Made by a program: the position numbers and the translations under genes. The notes beneath the pieces were generated by a model. The model saw only the letters and a list, made by a program, of their open reading frames with translations. It was not told the origin of the DNA and did not search any database. From NCBI GenBank assembly GCA_965112735.1, contig OZ218953.1:1612001-1676000 (forward strand): 64,000 bases of DNA, in the 5' to 3' direction. This DNA is from Phaeosaccion multiseriatum. Lineage: Eukaryota; Protista; Ochrophyta, other classes. Positions 24,256-36,494 of this stretch are shown here, in pieces; the first letter of the stretch is position 1; each line of letters opens with the position of its first letter.

Positions 24256-25055
24256 ATGAGTGGCTTTCCCCCCCAGAACGGCTCAGGTGGTGCCTCCGCT
24301 GCTTCTGCCGCGGCCAAGAAGAAGAAGAAGAGGCGTAGAAAGGCCGCTTCTTCAGCTTCGTTAGAGGAGGAGCTGTCCCAACCTCTTGTCATAGACTGGC
24401 AGGCGTTGTCGGATGGGGAGATTCTCCAACGCGCCAAGCTCAACCCGGAATCCAGAGGTGGGTGGAAGGATAGATCCTATGCTTGGTGACAACGTGCTAT
24501 AGTGTGGGTGCAGCAGCACCGGCAGCCAGGGGCTGCAAAGAGGGGAAGAAGGAGGGCTTTTATCTGCTATGTGGACCAACCTTCTTGCCTTGGCCTTTCA
24601 TTTGTACTAATTTGCGGGTCCTCCTGTCGTGTTCTCTGCCCCGCCTCTGCCTACACCCGCTCCCCTCCAGACGCTATCAACAAAGTGGTCATTGGGGTTG
24701 TGCGCACGGGCTCCTTCGCACCAGAGGACGTCATTCAAGTCATTGAGAGGTGAGTAAGTAAGTGAGTAAGTGGGGGAGTGAGTGAGTGAGGGCGAGAGTG
24801 GTACAGGGGGGAAGGAGGGAGGATGAATGGCGTACACGAGGTACGAATGGGGTGCAAGGAGGGAGTGCTGCATGTTCTGGTATGAGAGGTAGTTGTACGA
24901 CCACGCTCCTCGCCTCTCTCTCCAAAGGAGAGGCGCGTTTGCCTCCAGTCTCTGCACCCCCCTTTTCCTCATCCTCTTTTCTCTTTCTCCACCCCCTCTT
25001 TCGCCCACCCAACCTCTCGCGTCTGCTCCTACGAACTCCCTGTGCTGCCGCTCGT

Positions 25056-25094
<39 letters not shown>

Positions 25095-27732
25095 CTACCC
25101 ATGGGCTGACTCTCTCAGCATGTTCGACAGCCATATGGACAACTACGACTCTGTGGAGCACGTGCTGGCTCAAATGCTGGCCCAAGGCGACGACGACCAT
25201 GACCATGTGGCTGCGAGCAGCAGCAGCAAGAGTGGAGGGGGGGGGCAGACGGTGCCGTCGCAGTATGGCTCTGTGGAGAGCAAAGGCTTGGGCTTCATGC
25301 AAGAAACCCCTCCTCCGCACGCAGATGGACATAGCCATGACTCTGCTGCTGCAGAGAGAGGCAGTAATGGCAACGGCTGGAGCAAGGCTGGTGCTGGTGA
25401 TGAAGGTGCTGGTGCGGCTCCTGCTTCTCGTGGGCATGGCAGGGGAAATGGCCATGACTCGACGTCAACGGCCGCCGCTGCTGCTCCTGCTGCTGCAGCC
25501 CCGTCCACAGAGGAGGTGCTCGTGAAGGTGGCCGAGAATCACAACACTGCGGATGCCATGGAGGCAATCAGCGGATGGGTTAAGCACGCAGGTACGATAG
25601 GCACAACACACACTTCCTCACTTCCTCGGGGTCGGCCAGGTGTGGGGCGCTGCTCTGAAGGACTAAACTTGCTCTAGATTGCCTTGTTTTGTCTTCCATC
25701 TCTGCTATTTTGTTTTTTAATGTCTTTTTTATCCCCCCGGCGAAGGTTTTCTCTGTTTTGTCTTTGACTTCTAACCCCCCCCCCCCCCCCCCTCCCCCTC
25801 TCTCTCTACTCTTACCTCTCCAAGTGAACGACTTGAGTCCTCTGCTCTCCTCCCAGGCCCTTGAGACGCTCTTCTCCAACGTGCTTAAGGAGCCCGATAT
25901 GCCTCGCTATGAGGGCATGCGCACCCACCTGCGCGACATCCTTCACTCCGTTGTGCACGGGGCCGGGGGGGCAGCCGATGTGGTCCTGGGTCACATTGAC
26001 GGGCTTGTGGAGGGCGTGGCAGACATTACTCGCTCGGGAGACGTTAACGGCCCGGCCCTGTCCCATGCAAGCCTCTCAGCCCTCTCCTCGACGATGGCTC
26101 AGTTGGTGCGGCAGGCCCATGTCGCAGCATCAAACAGCGGAAGTCAGGGTCAGGGTCAGGGTCAGGGTAGTCCGCAGCGCAGAGGTAGAGACGCGGCGAG
26201 CATCAACGAACAGATCGAGGCGCTTCGGGGCGCTTCGAGCCTGAAGGACCTGCTCACCCTGCGGGAGCTGCATATGGACAAGACACGGGCGCTGGAGAGG
26301 GCTTGTCGGAAGGCGCTCGGCTGCGGCAAAGGGGTGGCGGCAGCGGCAGCAGCGGCGACGGCGTCGACCAAGACGGGGAGTAGTAGCGCTACCAACACGA
26401 ATGGAGACATTGGCGAAAGCGGGAGTGGGAAGGCTGAGATTTTCAAGGGGCTCGTGGCGAGCAACTCGTACGGAATTGATGCAGAGACGCTCCACGCACA
26501 GAGGGGTAAGGTGGAGGATATCAAGCAGCGGATCCAGCAGCTAAGGGTGGAGGAGGAGAAGGAGCTGTTCCCATTGGAATCGGAGTTGAGACAGTGCACC
26601 AGTCAGCAGGCCGAGCTTCTTCGCGTTAGAGACGAGCTCGCGGGGCAGCTGCGAGAGGTGGAAGGGAAGCTTCAGGCGGTGGAGGGGCGCCGCATTACCC
26701 TGTCAGGCAACATTCGGGAGGTCAAGGGGGCGTTGAAGCGCAAAACGGATGCGTTTGACCAGGAGAACAAGGGCCTGGCGGGGGCGGTGAGCCACATTGA
26801 TAAGTGCGAGAAGCTCATGGGCATCATCAAGGGCTTTGAGGTTTCTGTGGCGGGCATGCTTCAGGGGGTGGGTGCTGTAGGTCCAGATGGCGAGGGAAGT
26901 GGTGGTGGTGGTGGTGGTGGTGGTGGTGGTGGTGGAGGAGGAGGAGGCGATGCTTCTTCCACCAGCGACGACCACGACCACGGCGTGGCGAGCTACCTCT
27001 ACAGCCTTGGCGACTACTTTGAAGCGGATGTCAAGTGCGTCCAGGCCCTGCAGGGGCGTGCGGCGGAGCAAGCCACCCTCCTGGCCCGGCTGCAAGAGGA
27101 GGCGAAGCAATTCATTGCGTTGGGGCTACAGAGCACGGCTGCAGAGACTGTGACTCAAGTGGGCAAGGTGGAGAGAGAGTTGGCGGAGGATCTAGACACA
27201 GTGGAGCAGCTCTGCGGGATGATCCGCATTCATTTCGGGTCCATGCAGGAGCTACTGGGCAGGTACCTGGACTGGGGGGCACACAGCGGGGCGTTGCTGC
27301 ACATCAAGAACGTGTTGGGTCCTTTGGTACCCAAGCTGGAGGAGGTGCAGCAGTGGGATTTGGTCGGCCACGGGGTGGACATGTCTGCCCCTTCGCCGGC
27401 GGCACGAGGGAGGGGTGGGAGTGGTGGTGGTGGTGGTGGTGGTGGTGGTGGTGGCAGCGAGAGGATGGCAGAGAACGGCTACGGCGGGGTCGGGGTCGGG
27501 GTTGGTGGTACGGGGGCCAGTCTCGGGGGAGGAGGAGGGGCCGACAATAGGGTGGGTGGGGGAGGAGGTGGTGGCGGTGGTGCTACGGCCTCCATGGGGG
27601 GGTTGCGGAAGCAGGCAAATTCGTGTACGATGCTCCGGACCTACTCTCTCCCGCTGTGTCTCCCAACGTGTCTTCTCACTTTGGAACGGGTTTGTCTCGA
27701 CGGCAGATTGGAGGGGGGAGTTTGCCTCAACA

Positions 27733-27767
<35 letters not shown>

Positions 27768-28573
27768 CATATGGGCAGCAGCAGCGATATGACTCACGGG
27801 CACCGTCGCCCAGTCCAAGTGGCAAGGCCAGCAGCCAACAGCAGCCACCGCAGCAGCAGCAACAGCAGGCCCCGCAGCGACGCGTTCGAGGCGGCATTCT
27901 CGTGCCAACTGTTATCGATGCTCCCAGTGGAGCCTTGCCGAAGATGACTTGGGCTTCCGGTGGAGGTTGGGGGAGTGGTGGTGGTGGAAGCGGCAGCGGC
28001 GGCGGGGGCGAGGCGGGCGGTAAGAAGAAGAGCCTGACTGAGATTCAGGCAGAGGAGGCGGAACAGGACCGCTTGATAGAGGAGCGGAAGAGGGAAGCCG
28101 CCGCGAAGGGCAAGAAGGAGAAGGAGGAGGAGGTACAAGGGGGAGGTGAAGCCGGGGAGGGTGAGGGGAAGGGTGACGTGGAGCTAGAGGCCGGCGTGGA
28201 GGAGCAGAAGGAGGCTGCCGCTGGCTCGGTGGGTGCGGGCGAGGAGGAAGCGGGGGAGGAGGAGGAGGAGGAGGAGGAGGAGGAGGAGGAGAAGGAGGAG
28301 GAGGAGGAGGAGCAGGAGGAGGGGGGGGAGAGCGGCACGATACCTGGGGATGCGGAAGAAGACAGCGAGAAGACGGGACTCGACAATGACGCCACTACTA
28401 CGGATGGGCCGGGTGAGGACAGAGCAGACGAAGGCGGGGAGGAAGAAGCAGAGGAAAAGGAGGAGGAGGAGGAGGAGGAGGAGGAGCTTGGGGTTGGAGA
28501 GGAAGCCGAGGGGGCGGAGGAGGAGGAGGAGGAGGAGGAGGAGGAGGAGGAGGAGGAGGAGGAGGAGGAGTAG
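24256..28573 (+). CDS. Large hypothetical coiled-coil protein with NLS-like N-terminus and poly-Glu tail, multi-exon
   Basis: MSGFPPQNG...KKKKKRRRK start, GT-AG introns, long heptad-rich exon (about 25824-27550), Q-rich and E-rich C-terminus. A frame change is needed in the G-rich stretch at about 27551-27602. Confidence 0.65.
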
Positions 28574-28820
28574 CATCTCAAACTTGAAGAGATGCCGAAA
28601 AGGACGCGGGGTAGGAGAAAGAACCGTCGGGGGGGGGGAGCGGAGGGGAGCAGAGGGAAACAAGGGGCCCCCAAGACACTTGCTTTATAAGTAGCGTGTC
28701 TCTTCACTCGCTTCACCCAATCAGTGTGCCGCTTATTATAAAATGGAAGCAAGGCTCTTTTTTCCCCCGTCCTAAGCGGTGCTGCAGCTTGTGGTATGGA
28801 TCCTTGCGATTGTACGATAA

Positions 28821-31440
28821 TTACGTAAAGAGGCGCGACGATGCTCTATGAGTGTGGGCATGGAGGAGACCCAACCTGCATAGCTCTGGTAGCCCACTGC
28901 GGAGAGCACCAACGGATATAATACCTGGGAACCCTTCCGGGAGGCCGGAAGGCCGCTCGCTCACCCCATCGATGAACGGCTTCGTCAAGTCTCTGTGGTA
29001 CGCCCGTTGCAGCTGCTCCACACCATTGCCTCGCACCTGTTTCATAGACAGATACACTGCGCTGCGCTGCATGACCTGATAGTGCTCTTCACTCACTCGC
29101 CCGTGCTGAGCACAGTAGGCCCCCAGTGATGGCCAAGGCAAGACTGTATAAGGACCATCCCACGAATGCTGCAGAGCCTTGAGTTGCGCTGACGGAGGCC
29201 CTTCGAGTTCTTCCCCTTCTTGCTGGGCGGCGGCACCAGGGCGATACAACATCACCTTGGTCCCTGGCCGCAGGGGCGTCGGCCAACGGCGTGAGGCATT
29301 CTTCAGCTGCAACCTCCCATGGTAGTCGCAGCGCCTCCCATTGACCACCGCCGCAGCCGCAGCCAGACGTGCCCGCAGCTCATGGACCCATGCCGAGGCG
29401 GACGAAAACCACCCGTCCTCCACCAGAGCCGGAAACATCGCCTGCAGAGGCACGGGGGGGTGCCGGTCGAACAAGGCGTAGAACGGCGCCATCCCCGTGC
29501 TCTCCTGCGATCGGCAGTTGTACGCATAGGTGAGCCCGGCGACGTAATCTGGCCACTGCTGCATCTGTGACTCCACGGTCGTCGCCAACATGTCCTTGAT
29601 CGTGGCCATGAAGCACTCCACCTGCCCATTGGCCTGTTGATGCATCGGCGTCGTGAACACTTGCGACGCCGATAGGACCCGCATCACGTCGCCCATGAGC
29701 GCACTGGTGAACTGCGAGCCTTGATCGCTCACCAGCACTCGGGGCACACCCAGGGTGGTGATGACATGCCGCACGAAGGCCCGAGCAATGCCTTCCGCCG
29801 TACACCCACTGTCCATCAAGGCTGTATAGGCGCTCGTCTCCACGGCGTCAGCTGCGCTGGCATCCCGTGGAGCCGTAGCGGCTAAGCAATGCCGAGCGTC
29901 ACTGACCTTCACTGGCGAGCGCACCGTAATCTCGATCGTGTGACCCCGCCCTGCTTGGACTGCCGTACGACCCGTGGCAGCCACCGCTTCGGCAATCTCG
30001 GCTCTCCGCACTGCTGTCTGCAAGGCGGCCACCCCCCCCGGAGCGTCCTCCAGCCGCACACGGTAGAGGGCCAAGGCAGCGCGTTGCACACACCCCTATG
30101 ACACAGATCACACTCACTGTCCACAGCCGACGCACAGGCACAAGCTCCCGGACTGGGGGGCTCCTTGAGCAGAGCAACTCCCGCGCCAGGTTCCAAGGCT
30201 ACTGCATGACAAGCACGCACAAACGGATTAATGGCAAGAATGTGCAGCCCCGCCTCCTCCGTCAACACAGCCGTGAAAGCAGCCTCCTGCTGATGCTGCT
30301 GGGCTGGCTGCTGCTGTCGCACGAGCATGCTGCCTCCGCTGCTTCCTCCGTACCCGCCGTCGAAGAGCCACTGCGCGCCTCCCTGCATCCTGCAGCTCCT
30401 GTGCCGCCTGCTCGTCACCCTTGCGCAGCGCTGCCTTCGCCTGCTGGGCACGCCGTCTCAACCACTTTGCTGCCACCCTCTGCTCAGTCCTGCTCGGCCC
30501 CTTCGCCGGAGGCACCGCTGGAGAAGTCAGCGGCAGGGTCCAGAGGCTCTTCTCCCGCTGCTGAAGCTGAACCTGCCACGCCCACTGTTCATGTTCCCCC
30601 GTGGAAGTGAATGGCGGAAGAGGTACAGCCCCGAGAGGCAAGGCCCGAACGAACCCATGGCCTTGGCCTGCAGAGGCGTCACCAGGGGACACAGCTGCTG
30701 AAGATGAAGCTCGTCGCTTGGCGGTGGAATGAGCTCTGAAACCTGGACAACTGCCTCGACAGCATGACCCTGCTACTGCTCCATGTGCTCCTGTGGCCCT
30801 TCCTGCTGCTGCTGCTGCTGCGGCTGCTGCGGCGGCTCCTCTGTCACCAGCGGCCGGACGGCAGTCTCGTCGTGCAGCTGCTGCTGCCGCGCCGGTGCCA
30901 CACCCAGCCCCTGCTGCCGCTCCTTCGCCACCCTCTCGGCACACTGCCATGGGTGCAGTGCGCTCTGGTCCTGGATCGCACACGCACGCACCCGCTCCAA
31001 ACCCCTTTTTGCATCCATCCAGACAGATTCGTGTCGCGAAAGGGCTGCCTCCTCGCACGCAACCTCCCCAACTGACGACTGCGGCGCCTGCTGGTGCGCC
31101 GCCGTCATCTCCGTGTGCTCAACATCAACGACTGCATCCTCTGGCGCAGAGGCAGCGGCAGCTCTGCATGCTGCTGCTGCTGCGGCGGCTGCTGTGGCTG
31201 CTGCTGCCTTACTGGTGCGTCAGTTACGTCAGTTCCGCTCGACAGCTCGACCGCAGCGCCGGGCTGCGGTGCTTCTGCTGCTGCTTCTCCGGCGGCGGCA
31301 GCTGCTCGACCGCGGAAGGCGCTGGCGCAGCCTCCTTGTGCGCACCCTCCACGACTACCTCTACTGCACGGCACTGCTGCTGTGCCTGCTGCTGCACCGC
31401 CGTCATCTCCGTGTGGTACTTTAGTTCTCTCTCATCGTAA
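28821..31440 (-). mobile_element. Degenerate, internally deleted Ty3/Gypsy-type LTR retrotransposon (gag-like remnants, protease fragment fused to integrase core)
   Basis: Integrase core GVPRVLVSDQGSQFTS...TTPMHQQANGQVE...YAYN..SQESTGMAPF and GPY/F module WDGPYTV. Protease-like ALMDSGC directly upstream. Upstream region frameshifted. No RT, RNase H or LTRs seen. Confidence 0.85.
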
Positions 31441-31488
31441 AGCCCGGCAGACGAGAGCTTTAGCGTCCGTGAACTTGATGTCTCGCCA

Positions 31489-34400
31489 CTAACCCGCTGT
31501 GCTGCCGCTCCTGTCCTCCTCCTCCTCCTCCTCCTCCTCCTCCTCCTCCTCCTCCTCCTCCTCCTCCTCCTCCTCCTCCTCCTCTTCATCCTCCTCCTCC
31601 GGCCGCCCGTGGATACCGTACGGTCGAAAGCCGTCGTAGGCCAAACTATCGTCCACATTATAGTGAAGGCGGTGGTAGCAGTGCTCACAAAAGGCCATGG
31701 GATGCGCATCGGCCAGTACGTCGCCGTAGCAGTTCACTCTTGCCGCGTGGAAGTTGCACACCTCACAACGAGAGACTGTCTCCTTGGCTTGGAAGGACGT
31801 GTGGGGTGCCTGTATCCAGGGGGAGGAGCCTTGTTCGTCCACTTCCTCTGCAGGAGTAGGACCAGTAGCAGCAGTGGCGGTGGCGCTGGTGGCCGTGGTT
31901 GCACTCGTGTTGCCATCCTCGCTACCGTCACCGTCACCAGCACCACTTCCCGAAGCGGCACCACCGGCACCACCGCTACCACCATCAACGCCGGCGACAG
32001 AGGACGGAAGCACCGTCTCATCGCCACTCCAGGTACTGTCCGCAAGAGAGGGTGGGGAGGATGGAGCCTTCCTCTTCCTCCACATTGCACTCTCTCGGCT
32101 CCTCAAACAGTACATGTCCGTGAACATGAGGCGGTGCCAGCAAGTGCCGCGGTGGCACAGCATGTACTGGCGACCGATGACTACCCTCAGGCTCGAAAAA
32201 GTGGTGCGGTTCATGCTCAGTATCGGCGGTTGCCACGCCTTCTCTCCTGCCCTCTGGCCCTCCTCCTTCTCCTCCTCCTTCTCCTCCTCCGGCTGCTGCT
32301 GCTGCTGCTGCTGCTGTTGCCGCCCTGTCTTTCTCTGTTGATGCTTCTCTTGCATTTTTGAAATGAGAGGGGCACAGCAAAGCTCTCGGCGTTCCTCGTC
32401 CACCCGATCGTCGACATAGAAGGCGCCCTCGATGAGGAAGAAGGAAGGATCGCTGCACGGGGGCTCCGGCTTGCCTGCCTCGCCTGCCGACCCCCCCCTC
32501 CCTTCCCTTCCGGCGGCGGTGTGCAGCTGGTCAGACAGGCACGGAATGTAGTCACGGAGGACACTCAGCGGGTGACTACCGAGCACCTGTTGCGTGTTTG
32601 TGCGTGTGGGTGTGCGTGTGGGTGTGCACGGAGTGGATGAGGAGGGAAGGAAGGAAGGAAGGAAGGAAGGAAGGAAGGAAGGAAGGAAGGCAGCGGGGGG
32701 GAGGGGGGGCGAATGAGATACGGAGGTGCCGTGAATTAAGGAGCCACGTGGGAGAGCCAAGCTACCTCCCCATGCTTCACTCACACAAGCCTCTTCCGCT
32801 TCCGAAGGGAGAGAGACGTCCAAGCCTATACATCATTTCCTTTCGTGCTTCCCTCTCGTGAAGAAAGCCTTTGAGTACTGCACCTGAAATTCATGCGTCC
32901 GGCGGTCGCTTCGGGCGTCGTAGAAGGCAACCGTAACGACGACGTCGTCTGTTAGAGTGTTTCCACGTGCCCTCTCCCCCCCGCCACTGGCGCTCGAGCT
33001 GGCACGTCCCCTGCGTTCATCGGCCCTGCTGGAGCGACGAGGCCCCTGCTCCTGCTCCTGCTCCTGCTCCTGCGCCTCCTCCTCCTTCTCCTTCTCCTCC
33101 TCCTCCTCCTCCTCCTCCTCCTCCTCCTCCTCCTCCTTCTCCTCCTTCTCCTCCTCCTCCTCCTCCTCCTCCTCCTCCTCCTCCTCCTCCTCCAGCTGCT
33201 GCTCGCTCGGGGGCGGTGGCCGCGAGAGAGGCAAGGAGAGGTCCACAAGGCCTCCTTGAGAGGCACTCGCGACAACAGGGTGGAGCTGGACAGGTGGCGC
33301 GGCGCAATTCACTTCTTCCGCAAAGTGCCGCTCTATTCTCCAGGGGGGCAGCCCGAGTGAGTGAGTGTGTGAGAGAGTCAGGGAGGGAGGGAGAGAGAGA
33401 GGGAGGGAGGGAGTGAGCGAGTCAGGGAGGGAGGGAGAGAGAGCCGATCCCACGCCCGCCCGCCCGGGTTGTCAGTCCGCCGATCAACCCCAACCTTTGC
33501 ATCTCCTGTCCCGTCCTGTCCCCTCCTCTCACTGTCATCTTGTGCTGCTCTTCGAGGGTCTATCTCTCGACCCACCCTGTTCTGCCCTACCGTGTATCCG
33601 CCCTGCCTTGCCCTGCCCTACCCCTGTCCATGTACCTCTACCCTGCTCTCACTGTGCCCCTACATCTCACCTCCGGGGCGCAGCGAAGCATGGCCTCCCA
33701 GAAGCCGACACGCCCTCTCCGTGTACAGCCCCGAGCACAGCCGCTCATCCAGCCACTGCAAATTGGGCACCGCTTTGAAGATCTGGCGCAGCCTCCACGT
33801 GTATTCGTCGTCTTCCGTGCTGGGCTGGACTGGAGAGTTCGCTTGATCCTGCTCTCTGGCATCCATCCGTGCCTCTCCGGCGGCAGCAGCAGCACCTTTT
33901 TCTCCTCCTCCTCCTCCTCCTCCTCCTCCTCCTCCTCCTCCTCCTCCTCCTCCTCCTCCTCCTCCTCCTCCTCCCCCTCCTCCCCTCTCTGTTACTTCTT
34001 CTGCTACTGCTTCATCCCCTTTCTCTTGTTCTACCCCTCCATCACACAAATTTCCCGTTTCCACGGATTCAGTTCTTGCTGCCTCGTCCCTTGGCGCGGT
34101 ATTCGTCTCCTCCCCGCCTTCTTGTAGCCCTTCACCCTCGCCCTCCTGCACAATGTCACCGCCATCTTTCCCATCCTCCTCCTCCTCGACTCCTCCCCGT
34201 CCTCCCTCCCCCCCCCCCTCCTCCTGCTCCTTCTCCTCCGCGTCTTCTCCCTTAGTATCTTCTCGCATGTCAATGCGCAGCCCTACTGGCAGGTGCACGT
34301 GGGCCAAGGACTCCCCGAGAAAGCACTGCTTCGTGCTTTGACCCCTCTTCCTCCTCGTGCGACTAGTCGGCCGCCCGTCTCTCCACCGCGAAAAATGCTC

Positions 34401-35073
34401 ATCGTCATCAAGGCGGGCCTGCATCCTCCGCTCTTCCTTGCGCAGCGCGGCACTTCTCTCCCTGCGCCGTACTTTATCTAGCTATCGACAGCAGCAGCAG
34501 CAGCAGCAGTGACGGTGTGCCCATACAATACACATACAGAAGAGAGAGGGGGAGGGGAGGGAGAAAGAGAGAGAGAGGAGAGAGGGGGGCGTGAGTGTTG
34601 AAGAGCATTGCTGGGGAGTCTCGCGCGCCTCCGATACTTTGTCTCACCTCCTCCCATTTCTTCCTGGCCTGCACGATGCAGTCGTGTACATGCTCCATGG
34701 GGTGGGGGACGAGAATGTCCGCCACCCTATCGGGAAAGAGGAAGGGAGGAGAGGGGTGAGGGAAGAGACGTAGAGAGGGCAGAGGTAAGATACGAGTAGA
34801 GTGCATGGTGGACCAAGAATACGGGTGAGAGGGTGAAGGAGGAGAGGGCCTGGTGAGGTGTACAAAGGGGAAGTCATCAGGAGGAAGGGTCGCGGCTTAC
34901 GCTTCGAGCCACGCCACAACCTTGTTTCTTTTGTCCCCACCTAACCTGAAGAGTGTCGCATTGTCGGGATGGTGCTCCAGCTCCGCGAGGGTTTCTATAT
35001 CGTCCTCAGCTCCCTCCACCAGACCTTCCCACAGTGACTGGAGGCCTTTTGCTGTATCCTGTATGGGTAGCAT
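31489..35073 (-). CDS. SNAPC3: snRNA-activating protein complex subunit 3 (SNAP50/SNAPC3), multi-exon
   Basis: EFQV-LGSHPLSVLRDYIPC, FFLIEGAFYVDDR, TTFSSLRVVIGRQYMLCHRGTCWH, and zinc finger CEVC...FCEHCYHRLHY. The 5' exon structure is less certain. Confidence 0.88.
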
Positions 35074-35296
35074 GGGCGAGCGGTAGCCCGTACGGATTCG
35101 CACGGGGCAGCAGCAAGGAGGAACAGTTGGTCCTCCAAGTCACAAGTCACAGCTGGCTTGGCGGGCGGCCCTCTCCCCCATCCCCTTCTTCCCCTCCTTC
35201 TTCCTTTGCTGCTTAACACTCCAGCGCTTCCTCTCTCTCTCGCTCTCCTCCGAATCCTACTCCTCAGCTCCTCCTAGTCTACCCTCCCCGAGGGCC

Positions 35297-36193
35297 ATGA
35301 GAAGTTGTTTTCATCCCGCTCTTCTGTCCTTAATCTGCTTTATGCTCTCAAGCTATTGCTGCTCGGCATTCGTGCCGGGACCAAGCTTTATCGGCAGCAT
35401 GACATCTCCTCGTGATGGTAGCAAGATGTGTGTAAGGAGCGGGCAAATAAGCAGGAGCAGCTTCAGCGGATGTCGACCATCTTTGTCACAAATGGGGGCT
35501 GGGAATGGAGACGAGGAGGAGGAGCCGAAGAGATATCCTCCCGGAAGTGGCATGGAGGGAAGGAGAAGGCCAAACGAGAGTGGAATCGAGCAGAGGGACT
35601 TCGACTGGTTTGAGCTGCAGGCCCAGCGAGAAGCAAATGGAGAGGTACGAGCACGGGAGGAGGTCATTGTCGCAGCACGGTGCCTTCAATATTTACTCCT
35701 GTGGGCTTGTTTCTGCACTTCAGCCCCACCCCTTTGCCGATGTATCACCACCCTGCTGCTGCCCCTGTCTCCTTGTCCATCCATATGTGCTGACCTACCC
35801 ATCGTTTTCTCTTTCCTCTGCTCGGCTTTATGCCGGACTCTCGATTGCACGCAGCTCAATGCCCTGGAAAGTAAGTACACAGACCTTTGGGAGACGAGTT
35901 GACACAAGTGACGAGGGGATTAGACATGGAGTAGACCTGTATGTGTGTTCATGTGGGTGGGGGGGGGGGGGGGAGAGTCAAGAGAGGGCACGTTTCCCAC
36001 ACATCCCTGTACTTCTGTATCGCCACTGTGCACTCACCCCCTCTTGCCCTCTTTACCTCTCTACCTCTCTGCACGCCCGACACATACAGATCCCGCCTTC
36101 TACATAGCCTGCTTCTGCCTCGCTCCCGTGGTGGTTGGCATCTGGGGCATACTTTCTTGCAACATCCCGGTGCTGCCGGCCGTCTGCTACTGA
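35297..36193 (+). CDS. Small plastid-targeted membrane protein of unknown function, 3 exons
   Basis: Signal peptide ending CSA-FVP (ASAFAP-like) followed by an S/R-rich transit peptide. Exons 35297-35644, 35855-35870 (16 nt) and about 36090-36193 give ...NGELNALENPAFYIACFCLAPVVVGIWGILSCNIP. Confidence 0.7.
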
Positions 36194-36494
36194 TCCGCCA
36201 GCCATCCATGAGCACCGAGGTAGAGGCGAAATAGAGGGGTGTATAAACTGTTTTACTTGCCCGTGACACGGCTCAAAGTCTGGCCACTTCGAACAACCTT
36301 TTCTTCACCCATCTCTCTCTCCTAGAATTCTGTGGAGAGTTGTCTGATTGGTATTTATCCAATGGAAGAAGGCCAGGGCACGAGGAGGAGATGGGGTTTC
36401 CTGAGGCCGCAAGGTCACATTTCGTTATAACACAATAGACATTTAATTTATTATGAAGTACAAGAGAGGAGGCCATGAGGCTTGGATGGATGAC

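Noticed and set aside
28045-28752. Poly-Ser/Leu/Arg/Pro ORFs here and at 19.6, 33, 33.9 and 46 kb
   Set aside because: Alternative frames of (GAG)n/(GGA)n trinucleotide runs.
28600-31500. LTR pair, PBS or TSD for the retroelement
   Set aside because: No terminal direct repeats could be found by eye.
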